This document shows, piece after piece, positions 1 to 11,917 of a DNA stretch of 64,000 bases. The stretch spans positions 74,276,001 to 74,340,000 of the forward strand of contig OX597830.1 of assembly GCA_951406725.2 (NCBI GenBank), read 5' to 3'. A model generated the notes under the pieces. That model was not told where the DNA came from and did not search any database. It was given only the letters and a program-made list of their open reading frames with translations. How positions within the stretch are numbered: position 1 is the stretch's first letter; every line of letters starts with the position of its first letter. The DNA comes from Octopus vulgaris. Its lineage: Eukaryota. The translations under genes were made by a program, and so were the position numbers.

Positions 1-124
1 ACAATATATATACTGAACTTTACAGAAGTTCCTGCCGGTAATCGGCTATATTTACATACCGAATTCTACCAGTAAATAATTGGGGTTTTTTTAAAAGCCT
101 TTATAGAAATTATTTACTCTTATC

Positions 125-262
<138 letters not shown>

Positions 263-266
263 CGAA

Positions 267-558
267 GGCGCATGGCTCAGTGGTTAGAGTGTCGAGCTTA
301 TGATCGTGAGGTTGTTAGCTCGAATCCCGGACCGGGCTGCGTGTTGTGTTCTTGAACAAGACACTTTATTTCACGTTGCTCCAGTTAACTCAGCTGTAGA
401 AATAAGTTGCGACGTCACTGGTGGCGTGCAGAGGGGAGGCCGGTATGCATGGGCGAGTGCTGGTCTTCCATAAAACCACCTTGCCCAGACTTGTGACTAG
501 GAGGGTAACTTTCTAGGTGCAATCCCATGGTCAGTGTCGTGACCAAAGGGGGTCCCAG
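267..558 (+). mobile_element. tRNA-derived SINE (family C, CORE-like)
   Basis: A-box-like TGGCTCAGTGG and B-box-like GCTCGAATCC, followed by GTTCTTGAACAAGACACTT (CORE-like). A related copy starts at 10234. Confidence 0.8.
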
Positions 559-720
559 ATATATATATATGTATATATTTTTGAGCGTTAGACGATATAC
601 CAGAAAACCCTATTTTGTCGGGTACGTTCTGAGTCTGCGCAGTGATTTGAATAGTTTAGAAAGAGCAATTTAATAGACGCATGTGCCTCTATTGTTGTGC
701 GCTTCCCATAATAACAGGAA

Positions 721-793
721 TCTTACTGAAGAGCCTACCTGAGTAAATAAATATTATTTTTATTGCTGAAATAGGCGAAACTGCAGTCTAAGA
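721..793 (+). ncRNA. Type I minimal hammerhead ribozyme
   Basis: TCTTA-CTGAAGA-GCCTA..loop..TAGGC-GAAA-CTGCAG-TC^TAAGA: helix I TCTTA/TAAGA, helix II GCCTA/TAGGC, palindromic helix III ACTGCAGT, GUC cleavage after 788. Confidence 0.92.
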
Positions 794-1124
794 AGAACTA
801 AGTTTGTAAAAGTTTTTAATTTTCATCTCATTAAATTTATCCAGCTTTTGTGTATCTAGTACACACTTCGCCTTTTAATGTACTTATATATGAATAATAT
901 ATGGCGTGTCCTAGAACACCAGCGATAATAAGTAATTTTATTGTATCGCATTTGACTTTGTTTACGTATTTTCTCGATAAATGTTTGAGCCTTAGACGAT
1001 ATACCAGAAAACCCTATTTTGTCAGGTACGTTCTGAGTCTGCGCAGTGATTTGAATAGTTTAGAAAGAGCAATTTAATAGACGCATGTGCCTCTATTGTT
1101 GTGCGCTTCCCATAATAACAGGAA

Positions 1125-1197
1125 TCTTACTGAAGAGCCTACCTGAGTAAATAAATATTATTTTTATTGCTGAAATAGGCGAAACTGCAGTCTAAGA
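1125..1197 (+). ncRNA. Type I minimal hammerhead ribozyme (second tandem copy)
   Basis: Identical to 721-793; predicted cleavage after 1192. Confidence 0.92.
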
Positions 1198-1369
1198 AGA
1201 ACTAAGTTTGTAAAAGTTTTTAAATTTCATCTCATTAAATTTATCCAGCTTTTGTGTATCTAGTACACACTTCGCCTTTTAATGTACTTATATATGAATA
1301 ATATATGGCGTGTCCTAGAACACCAGCGATAATAAGTAATTTTATTGTATCGCATTTGACTTTGTTTGC

Positions 1370-1422
<53 letters not shown>

Positions 1423-1435
1423 TAGATAGATATAT

Positions 1436-1466
<31 letters not shown>

Positions 1467-1539
1467 TAGACAGATATGTATGTATGTATATATGTATATA
1501 TATGTATATATACATACATATACACATATATGTATATAT

Positions 1540-1690
1540 TTTTCCCTCTCAATCTTTTTGGGCGAAGAGCGTAGGCTCGAAGCGTAAATGACTTTTCTAT
1601 TCAACGCGATCGTTAAACTAATACACCTGCTCATTGTTCATACACCTGTCGTGGTCTTTTCTTTTCTGTAAATTTGAACTATATATATAC
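1540..1690 (+). mobile_element. Short dispersed repeat (family D) with degenerate HHR-like motif
   Basis: GAAGAGCGTAGGCTCGAAGCGT followed by CGTTAAACTAATACA. Homologous to 33275-33460 (+), 46720-46925 (-) and 21282-21480 (-). Confidence 0.65.
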
Positions 1691-1784
1691 CAATATACTT
1701 TATAAATCTATATATGCATATATATATATGCATATGCACACATTTACATCTGTCTGTGTGTGTGTTCGAACGTATATTTATGTA

Positions 1785-2198
1785 TACTCTTTACTCTTTT
1801 ACTCTTTTACTTGTTTCAGTCATTTGACTGCGGCCATGCATGAGCACCGCCTTTAGTCGAGGAACTCGACCCCGGGACTTATTCTTTGTAAGCCCAGTAC
1901 TTATTATATCAGTCTCTTTTTGCCGAACCGCTAAGTGACGGGGACATAAACACACCAGCATCGGTTGTCAAGCAATGCTAGAGGGACAAACACAGACACA
2001 CAAACACACACATACAAATATATATACATATATACGACAGGCTTCTTTCAGTTTCCGTCTACCAAATCCATTCACAAGGCATTGGTCGGCCCGGGACTAT
2101 AGCAGAAGACACTTGCCCAAGATGCCACGCAGTGGGACTGAACCCGGAACAATGTGGTTGGTTAGCAAGCTACTTACCACACAGCCACTCCTACGCCT
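1785..2198 (-). mobile_element. tRNA-derived SINE (family A), full length
   Basis: The minus strand reads AGGCGTAGGAGTGGCTGTGTGG (A box), GGTTCAGTCCC (B box), TTGGGCAAGTGTC and a (GAGTAAAA)n tail. More than 10 homologues occur in the window. Confidence 0.9.
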
Positions 2199-2627
2199 AC
2201 GTATGTATATTTTCATTAGTCCATACAATAGTATAATATACTTTGCTGACAGTGCTAACAAATCTTCTCTATCATCAACTTTTAAGACCCAATCCACAGT
2301 TTGCTGTAACTAACCTTGTGCCAATTTAAACGTAGGGATTCAATTGCAATTATCTCCCTTGGTTAAATTTATTTTGTATGTTAAACATATTTAAATATAT
2401 ATTATATATATATCTACTACTTGGTTCATGTGATCGGAATATTTCTACTCGTCATGTAAAATATGCAAAGCCCTTGGCTTATTTTTCTGTTAATCATGTA
2501 GGATCTTCTCTCCTGGGGCCCTTTACCGCCAGCAATACTTGTCCGTCTCGAATATTTCATATTTGTCCGCTAGCTTCCAATTCTTTCTTCCGACTTCCTG
2601 CCTTCTTTTCTCTTTCTTTCTTTCCTA

Positions 2628-2662
<35 letters not shown>

Positions 2663-2664
2663 TA

Positions 2665-2713
<49 letters not shown>

Positions 2714-2885
2714 TTTCTTCCTTCCTTTCTTTCTTTCTTTCATTCTTTGAGTGCACTGCTTGTTTTTTCGTTGGTTTCTTTCTACGTTTCTTTTTTTTCT
2801 GTTGAGTGTTTGGTCAGAAGAACAATAATTAACATTTCTTTAGGTGTTGGTACTACTACTACTTCTGCTGCTGCTGCTGCTGCTG

Positions 2886-2933
<48 letters not shown>

Positions 2934-3337
2934 TTGCGTCTACGACGACTGGCATCAGCTGCTGCGATTACAACTTCTGCTGATGATGATGATCGTAATG
3001 TTGAAGATGAAGATGATGATATGATGATGATAATGATGATGCTTATGACGATGATGATGATGATGATGATGATGATCACGATGATGGTGATGATCCTTGA
3101 AATGCATTTGGGAGTTTCTGTTGCTAAGGCTGCATTCACCGCCGCCCCTTTCTACACCACACCGCCATAATTGTAATGCTGAGAAACACTTTAAATTCAA
3201 TGGTCTGGCAATTACTCTTCAATTCAAATATAGGGAAAATGTGTATTTCTGTTCATCCTTTGCCCATGTGTAAGAACTAACGCATACACATCATTCACAC
3301 ACATAGAAACATATGCCCAAATACAATCATACGTATA

Positions 3338-3390
<53 letters not shown>

Positions 3391-3584
3391 ATATACATGT
3401 ATATATGCATGTATATATGCATGTCTATATATATATATATATGTATTTATATATACATATAATTATATATGTATTGCGTATGTGTATGTATGTATATATA
3501 GAGAGAGCGGGAGAGAAAGAAGAAAAGAAAGCGAAAGAGATGTATATATATATATATATTTATATATACGTAAATTATATGTTT

Positions 3585-3640
<56 letters not shown>

Positions 3641-3680
3641 ATATATACATATATATTATATGTTTGTGAAGAAAGCAAAA

Positions 3681-3733
<53 letters not shown>

Positions 3734-3829
3734 TATATATTATATGTGTGTGTTTGAGTGCATGTATATGCGTACGTATATAGCTGATGCAAATATGCAT
3801 CGAGAAACAGATATGTACTTCTGTATGTG

Positions 3830-3863
<34 letters not shown>

Positions 3864-4384
3864 AACTTCCTTTTATTTTCATAAACGAATGAAAGTATTT
3901 GGTTGTGTTTGTGTGAGTGAATGTACGTATCTTCGCATATATTATATGAAATATGTATTTATAGATTGTATCCAGGAGTTACCCACATAATGCTCGGCCC
4001 CACAAAAAAATAGACTCCAATATATAACGTAAAGAATCTGAAACAAGACCACATACACACGCACGCACACACACCTACATACATACATAAACACACGAAC
4101 TCACACACATACACACGTACATATACACACTCGCACACCTACATATGCTTATTTATACATATTCTAAAATGTGTACATCTTAAATTATTCCCTAGAAAGA
4201 AACAGCGCATGCCTATTCAACATCTTATACAGAATCCAACACGCGGTCATACGTATTATATATTCATAGACTCATATTTATGCAAATGAATTACATACAT
4301 ATATGCATGGTAATGTGCACACATACACACAGAAGCAAACACACATATATATTCATATATACAAATGTCTATGTATATACATAC

Positions 4385-4441
<57 letters not shown>

Positions 4442-4446
4442 TATAC

Positions 4447-4529
<83 letters not shown>

Positions 4530-4543
4530 AATATATATATACA

Positions 4544-4764
4544 AGTAATAAGAGAGAGACCACATGTGGTCACTCTAACACTAGAAATAGATACGCAAGG
4601 GAATTCACCACTAAAGAATTCTTCTCAAGTATTAATTCAACACGCCAAGAATGTAAGCGGGCAGTGTTGAATTAATACTTGAGAACAATTCTTTAGTGGT
4701 GAATTCCCTTTGCGTATCTATTTCTAGCGTTAGATTGACCACATGTGGTCTCTCTCTTATTACT
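4544..4764. repeat. Long inverted repeat (about 100-bp arms, about 20-nt spacer), MITE-like or fold-back element
   Basis: AGTAATAAGAGAGAGACCACATGTGGTCA...TTCAACAC pairs with GTGTTGAA...TGACCACATGTGGTCTCTCTCTTATTACT with few mismatches. Confidence 0.9.
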
Positions 4765-6609
4765 ATTATTAATAATTTTTACTGTATCTCAGTTTTTTTA
4801 CGCTAGGCCACTTGGTGTTTTAAATTGATGTTATTAATTAATATTCAATTTTTTCACCCTTATTGTGATTTTAATTATATATATATATATGTATGTATAT
4901 ATATATGTATGTATGTACGTATCTATCATTATAATATATATATATATATATATGTTTGTATGTAGCTATATATTATATATGCATACATACATAAACGTTT
5001 GTATGAGTGTTTCTCTATATACAACTGTACGCCAAATGCACCCAAACACATCCCAGAGCACACACGTTCAACATACACACAAATATCATATACAACCCAA
5101 CCGAAGTTTGCGCAACGGTAACTTCTTGAACCTCTACTGATAGGCGTTATACACAAGTCTAGTTTTTAAAAAATATGCTCCTTGTTGTGGTTTCCTCTCT
5201 CCTTATGTCTGTGATGTAGGCCATAGTGGGTAGAAATATGAAAACAGATAAGTGCTTCTACATGGCTGTTTGACCTTTTTGAAACTCTGACATATTTCAG
5301 TAGCGTCCTGAGAAATTAGCATTGAAAGTTAAACTCTTTATTAAGAAAAGCTGTGGAGATAACCACCTAACCCTAATATTTCTTCATGATCAGAGGACAC
5401 AGGGGTATAAACAGAAATGTTCGACTTGGTGGATTTGCTAGCTAAACATCCCTGAATTCAAACAGATGATACGGGTTGTGCAGTGGAAGAAAAATGTGGT
5501 TATACATACGAAAAATAAAACGCGTTGGTTACAATAGGAATATTCTTGACCATAGATTTGAGCTGCGAGCTAAACAATAACAATACTATACTCTTTACTC
5601 TCTTTTTACTTTTTTACTTGTTTCAGTCATTAGACTGCGGCCATGCTGGAGTATAGATCAGTTCGTACGGAACTAAACTGAATTAAACGAAAACAACTGT
5701 AGCAGCAATGAGGCACATTTAATATCAAACAACGCATAAAACTCAACGTTTGTGTTACGTCACATTATAGCAAAAGAAAACCCCGATCTTATTTGAGTTA
5801 CGTACCTTGGTTGCTTTATACTAAGAGTGTAAACAGTTATTAACAATTAAAGTTGAATATATGTATTTTACCACAAGGGATGATATTTTCGTAATGTTTT
5901 ATCATCTAATAATTAAACGTTATTATAGTTAAACATTATTGATAATACATATTTATTGCAAAAAAATATTATTCCTCTTGCGAAATAAATATTCATTTCT
6001 CATTTTCTACATGCAGCACGAAAATTTGAGAAAGTAAATCTGATATTACTACAGCTTTGTAATATCATCTGATATCAAACATACAAAGAAAAAAATGTAC
6101 TTAATGGTATATATCATGACGGGTGACACTCGAAGCTGTATAGCCGCAAATGTGAGTGGGAGCAGCAACAGAATAGCAGAGTTACATAGGGAAGGAACTG
6201 AGCCATTTACTTAAATCTCTCTACCTTCAGCCAATGCCGTGCCTCAATGAACTATCGACCTGTGACAAATAGCCGCCAAATGTCACATTCATCCTAATGT
6301 CTTAGAACAGTGACATACTGGAAACTATGTTTCATGCTCGATAACACAGAAGAAACCAGAAAGAATGGTCATGCCTGGAAGACATTTAAACTTAAGCCTG
6401 TTTGACGACAATTGACATGAAATTGATAAAAGACAAAATAAATAAATATATAATAACAACAATATTCTGAGTTCGAAATAATAGTAAGCAAAATAAAGCA
6501 TCGTTGTAATAATGTTATATTAAGATCCATATAGCAGAATATAAAATCACATCAGTAAATATGAGGCTTTGTGGTAAGGTCAAAAATGAATTTATGTATA
6601 CGTAGATAA

Positions 6610-6671
<62 letters not shown>

Positions 6672-6672
6672 G

Positions 6673-6820
6673 TAGGTGCCGGCGTGGCTGTGTGGTAAGA
6701 AGATTGCTTCTCAACCACGCGGTTCCTTCGGCGACCGTCGTCTGATTTAATCTCGGGTCGACCAAACAAAACCTTATAAGCGAATTTGATAGGTGTTAAC
6801 TGAAAAAGGTACGTCGTATA
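6673..6820 (+). mobile_element. SINE family A, degenerate 5' part
   Basis: GGCGTGGCTGTGTGGTAAGAAG head and CTCGGGTCGACCAAA body similarity. Confidence 0.65.
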
Positions 6821-6835
6821 TACATACATACATGC

Positions 6836-6874
<39 letters not shown>

Positions 6875-7049
6875 CTGGAATAATTACTATGAATCATTGT
6901 GTGGAATATATTGTATAGAGGAACATGGGTAAGGCCAGAACAATGTGAAATGGAAGCAAGGCAAATCACAAGAAAGCAAATATATAAATTAATGTAGGCT
7001 TACCTTGCATTCGATATTTCAGGGTTATCGCGCCATTTTCAAGAAATTA

Positions 7050-8043
7050 ACGAATTTTGCCGACGTGCGTGTGTGTGACCATGTGTGAAGTGGACATGCG
7101 CCGAAATGTGTTGCTATAGCAACCAGATAGCTTCCTGTAACTCCCTTCTGTTATTGGTATTTGGCTTCCTTTGGTGTATGAGGAAGACCTCAGCGATTCT
7201 AAGGTTGCCCCATTTCCACTGTGTTGCCCTGATGTGCACTGTGAATTCCCGGGTCTGGCATTTCCGTAGATGTTTCTTCGTTCCTTAATGCGTATATGCA
7301 GTTTTCTTGTGTTTTTCCTATGTAGGATGCGCCATATTTGCCACCGATGATCTCGTGTACAACATAGGTCCTCTGACACAATTCAGGATCATTGAAGGGG
7401 CAGTTCGATAATTTTCCCTCTTCGGAGTAGTGAGAGGTGTTGTTCTTGGACAGGGAAGGCCCTTCTCAGGGAAGGGCCGGTGTGCACTGTCTGTATATCG
7501 AGTGCTTTAGGAAGCACGTGCCGGACTTGGGAGTATGAGTTTATTGACCCTGATGTTCTTTAGGCGCCGTTGTTTGGCTAAAGATGGTAGTTAGCCATTC
7601 AGGGTTAGGTCTCTGAGGAATTATTTGGTGGTGACGGCTTCACCGGTCTCTTCGCTGAAATTGTTGTTCATACCTGCAATCTCGTTTCTCACATATGTGT
7701 CTTTGGCTGTGTTGGGTAAGACTGATTGGTATGGACGAAAAGTTTTCTGTTAGCGGCTTTAGAAGTTGCTAAATATGTAGCCTGGAGCCTTACTACTATC
7801 ATTCTAAGTTGAAAATCGAGTAGAGAGATGTTTCCGGGATCGTCTGGATGTCCAATCTCGAAATTGATGTTTACGTCTATGTTATGTCTGGTGTATGTTA
7901 ATGGCCTCATCCCTAGAGGACGTGATGATACAGATATCATCAGCGTATCTGAAGAAGATGCATAAACGGCAAATGTTCAGTATAATGGTTAATAACTCTC
8001 GTATGTCCGAGGGTGTGAGGCCGAAATGCTGGAGGTAAATGGT

Positions 8044-8045
<2 letters not shown>
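7050..8045 (-). mobile_element. Penelope-like retroelement fragment (RT C-terminal half + GIY-YIG endonuclease), frameshifted
   Basis: Successive minus ORFs give FFRYADDICI (RT catalytic motif), INFEIGHP..ISLLDF (RT domains 6-7) and CQRTYVVHEII..GASYIGKT (GIY-YIG). This RT-to-GIY-YIG order is diagnostic of PLEs. Confidence 0.85.
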
Positions 8046-8077
<32 letters not shown>

Positions 8078-8119
8078 GAAAGAATGGAGTCGAACGACGA
8101 TTTTAACAAAATTCCTTTA

Positions 8120-8202
8120 CTCTCGACACATGTTTCGAAGGCTGCATATTCCTAATTCCGAAGGAATAAAGGGTGCATTATGCCGCCATCTCATCAGGAA
8201 AG
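8120..8202 (-). ncRNA. Type I hammerhead ribozyme adjacent to the PLE
   Basis: Minus strand: CTTTC-CTGATGA-GATGGC..GCCTTC-GAAA-C(ATGT)G-TC^GAGAG. All core nucleotides are present, with a GUC site. Confidence 0.82.
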
Positions 8203-8276
8203 ACAAGGAACTTATGTCAGCACCATGAAGAGCAAAACTTTTAGAATTATCCATACTAGGATAATTCATTCACCTT

Positions 8277-8328
<52 letters not shown>

Positions 8329-8329
8329 T

Positions 8330-8560
8330 ATGTGTGTGTGTTTGTCTTTGTGACTGTGGTTATGCCCCCATTACCGACTGACAACCGGTGCTGGTGCGTT
8401 TCCTTCCCCGCGCATTAGCTTTTCGGCAACAGAACCCGATAAAATAAAGTACTAGGCCTAAGAAATAAGTCTTAGGGTTGATTTGGTCTACTAAAAAAAA
8501 ACCTTCAAGGCGTTGGTCCAGCATAGCGGCAGTCAAACGGCTGAAACAATTAAAAATAAT
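8330..8560 (+). mobile_element. SINE family A, 3' half
   Basis: TGACAACCGGTGCTGGTG..TTCGGCAA..CCAGCATAGCGGCAGTCAAACGGCTGAAACAA tail. Confidence 0.75.
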
Positions 8561-8572
8561 TAATAAAACGTA

Positions 8573-8655
<83 letters not shown>

Positions 8656-8874
8656 GTGTGTGTATAGAATATGAACGGGCTAGTTCACTGGTGATCTAAG
8701 CGAATAGGTACGCTGCGTAAGTGTTATAAATTATTATCCGTTTGAGTTAGCAGCTATGTATTAGAAGAAAAAGGCCAACAAGTTCGGGTATCTCAAGTCC
8801 TTTATAATATTCAATTAGAGGAAGGCGAATTTGTGGCAATTAATTAATAATTATTCAGTTAATTAATTATTGGA

Positions 8875-8952
8875 TGTCTTACAGCTGCTTCTAGGATATC
8901 CCATGTGATGGGTTAGCATCCCTATAGACTGGGTATTCTGTCCTCAGAGACA
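8875..8952 (-). ncRNA. Hammerhead ribozyme, core variant (GAAG)
   Basis: Minus strand: TGTCT-CTGAGGA-..-GAAG-CAGCTG-TA^AGACA. Helix I is perfect and helix III palindromic; A15.1 is changed to G. Confidence 0.65.
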
Positions 8953-9135
8953 AGGTGAGTATGTATGAAAGTTTTAGACGGAATTCACAAGTTATAACGG
9001 TATAAAATTGGAAATAGAAGAGTAAAGAATAGAACAGCATTACTCTACCTAATGTTTTACTCTTCATTTGTCAATCTACTATTTTATTCCTTTACCTGTG
9101 AATTCTCTGTCTAGAACATTCATAAATACTCACCT

Positions 9136-9212
9136 TGTCTCTGATGACGGGTTACCCAGCGTATGGACATGTTAACCTACCACTTGGGATCACTAGAAAC
9201 AGCTGTACGGCA
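9136..9212 (+). ncRNA. Hammerhead ribozyme
   Basis: TGTCT-CTGATGA-CGGGTTACCCAG..TTGGGATCACTA-GAAA-CAGCTG-TA^CGGCA. Core intact; helices I and II imperfect. Confidence 0.7.
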
Positions 9213-9452
9213 TCCAATAATTAATTAATTAACTAATCAAATACTTAATTACCGCAAATTCAACTTACTCTAAGTATTCTAATTGACTTGAGATATTCAT
9301 GCTGCCTTCGTTTTTGTTGTCCTTTTCTCGTTAATAGATGTATGTATGTGTATATATATATATAGGTGTGCGTGTGTGTGTGTTTGTGTGTATGCGTGTA
9401 TGTATTTTTAAAAGTACATAAATATATGTGTGTATATATATACATATATAAA

Positions 9453-9551
<99 letters not shown>

Positions 9552-10068
9552 TATATAAAAAATACAAAATAGGACAAGAACGCAAAAAACACAAAGAGAC
9601 GAGACAAAGAACGGACGGGTCATTCGAAGCTTCTAATCTTCAGTCAGGAACCGGATCGTCCTAGCAAATTTCGGCTAATTAATCCTGATATCGCTGAGAT
9701 CCGGCTAGCCCCAATGAAAGACTAAGCTGCGAGCATTAGATTTCTTGGAAAGAGGATCGAATGTATACGAAACAAGGACAGAAAAACGGACGATGCCACA
9801 CGAATATAAATACAAAAAACGAGAAAGCGAGAGAGAGAGAGAGAGAGAGAGGGAGGTTATGAGAGGTAATGGTGCCAATAAGATCCAAAGGTGTCAGGTA
9901 ATGCTGAGTAAGTGCTATGGACAGACTATAGCTGAGTTCAAGGTTCGGTGATTATGCGAATGAGGAGTCCAACTTAGGTCATATATCAGCATGTGTATAT
10001 ATAAACAAAATTTTCAGAATGAGATAAAAATCCAAAGCTGTGAAAGTCTTCAGAACATTTATAAATAT

Positions 10069-10116
10069 GTCTTACAGCTGTTTCCGGGATACTTTATATA
10101 TCCCTTCATCGGAGAC
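10069..10116 (-). ncRNA. Compact hammerhead ribozyme, U4C variant
   Basis: Minus strand: GTCT-CCGATGA-AGGGATA(TATAAAG)TATCCCG-GAAA-CAGCTG-TA^AGAC. Confidence 0.72.
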
Positions 10117-10192
10117 GGTGTGAGAAAATAGTTGAGCAATAGTTATATATGTATGCATGTGAGTGTGTGTGTGTGTATGTGTGTCTGTGTGT

Positions 10193-10233
<41 letters not shown>

Positions 10234-10234
<1 letters not shown>

Positions 10235-10563
10235 GCGCATGGCTCAGTGGTTAGAGGGTCGAGCTTACGATGGTGAGGGTATGAGTTCGATTCCTGTACC
10301 GGGCTGCATGTGGTGTTCTTGAGCAAGGCACTCCATTTCACGTTGCTCCTTATCACTCAACTGTAGAAATGAGCTGCGACGTCATCGGTGCCAAGCTGTA
10401 TCACCTTTGCCTTTCCCTTGGATAAAATGCTGGTATGTATGGGCGTCTGTTGGTCTTCAACATTAAGTTCTGTGTTCACCGGTGAGGCGACTTTCCGCAC
10501 AGACTTTTACCACAGGGGGGAACCTCTTAGGTACACCCATTGCCATTCATGACCGACGGAGTC
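10234..10563 (+). mobile_element. tRNA-derived SINE (family C)
   Basis: GGCGCATGGCTCAGTGGTTAGAG..GTTCGATTCC..GTTCTTGAGCAAGGCAC; homologous to 267-558. Confidence 0.8.
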
Positions 10564-11341
10564 GAGTCAAATATATTTATATATATATATATATATTCAT
10601 ATATTTGTGAGTGTGTATCCATTGGAAAAGAAGGGCTGGGTTATAAGAATCAGTAGAACAATCTGTAATATTTCACATGTGTAAAATAGTCGCTTGCCTT
10701 TGCGCTCGGAGACGGATCATTATAGTAAAAACTTCATTCCTTATAGCTGGGATGGCAATTTTGTTCAAATAAAATATCAGACAAATACAGAAGTGTATTT
10801 ATTCGACCATGACACCCCACGTCGTTAGTAACTGTCTTGGTCTTGTGCCTTTGTAAGAAATCCATTTTTTAAAAAAGAGTTAATACACAAACACACACAT
10901 AGAAGTTTGTAACATATATGAGTATATACATATATGTAAAGAAAACGTAATGAGGGCGCTAAAATATTATTCAGATAGTAAATAATAATGATAATAATAT
11001 GAATAAATTTGTTAATTACAAAGATATCATAAAAGTGTTTTCTCCGCTGTTTTTTTATCAACATATTTACTTAAGCGTTCGTTGTTAATTTCTTCTTTTT
11101 TTTCGTGGTATACTTTGTGTATGAGTGTTTCAGAGAAAGAGTGTGCGTCTGTTTGTGTGTGTGTGTGTGTATGTGTGTCAATACACGCAAACACACACAT
11201 ACACATGCACACAAAAATACTCACATATACACATATATATATGTTAACTCCCGCGGTTTATCTTTCCCTCTCTACTTACATATAAGCGTGTGTATAAATA
11301 TATAGCTTTGTTCTTATGACATTTTCATCTCTATCTCTACG

Positions 11342-11399
<58 letters not shown>

Positions 11400-11417
11400 C
11401 TGTATGTGTGTGTGTGT

Positions 11418-11534
<117 letters not shown>

Positions 11535-11846
11535 CACACAATGTATACATATATACATTTCTATATTTATTTATTCATTGATTTCATTTCGTTTTCTTTG
11601 ATTATTCTGCTATCTATTTAGCTGTTTATTTTTTTTTGTCGTTTCCTATCATTTACTTCCTCCACCCATCACCATCCCCCGCCGCCACCACCACTACCTA
11701 TAGCAAGAATATCCCCACCATCACCATAGCAACCTCTACCACCTACACTTCCTCACTACCAAATCTTTTTTTTTTGTTTTGTTTTCCGTCTTTGATGATG
11801 ATTTTGTTAACTTCTATTTGTATATTTATTTATCTTTTGTATTTAT

Positions 11847-11917
<71 letters not shown>

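Larger units (their letters stand above)
581..1371 (+). mobile_element. Tandem 404-bp repeat (about 1.96 units) with one HHR per unit; putative non-LTR retrozyme or PLE pseudo-LTR array
   Basis: 581-984 repeats at 985-1371 with offset 404 and only about 4 differences seen. Each unit carries a full HHR core. Confidence 0.85.
8827..9261. repeat. Imperfect inverted repeat (about 435 bp) carrying HHRs in both orientations
   Basis: GAATTTGTGGCAATTAA..TTATTGGATG..TCAGAGACAAGGTGAGTA is mirrored by TACTCACCTTGTCTCTGA..CATCCAATAA..TTAATTACCGCAAATTC. Confidence 0.88.

Noticed and set aside
1-120. Repeat shared in inverted form with about 31385-31490, where GAAA-TTTACCGGTAAA-TA looks like an HHR helix III
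   Set aside because: Neither copy has a recognisable CUGANGA core.
267-330. tRNA gene
   Set aside because: It has A/B boxes but no complete cloverleaf, and it continues into a repeated SINE body.
9605-9700. Minus-strand CTGAAGA..GAAT as a hammerhead
   Set aside because: GAAA is absent and no helix I or II pairing was found.
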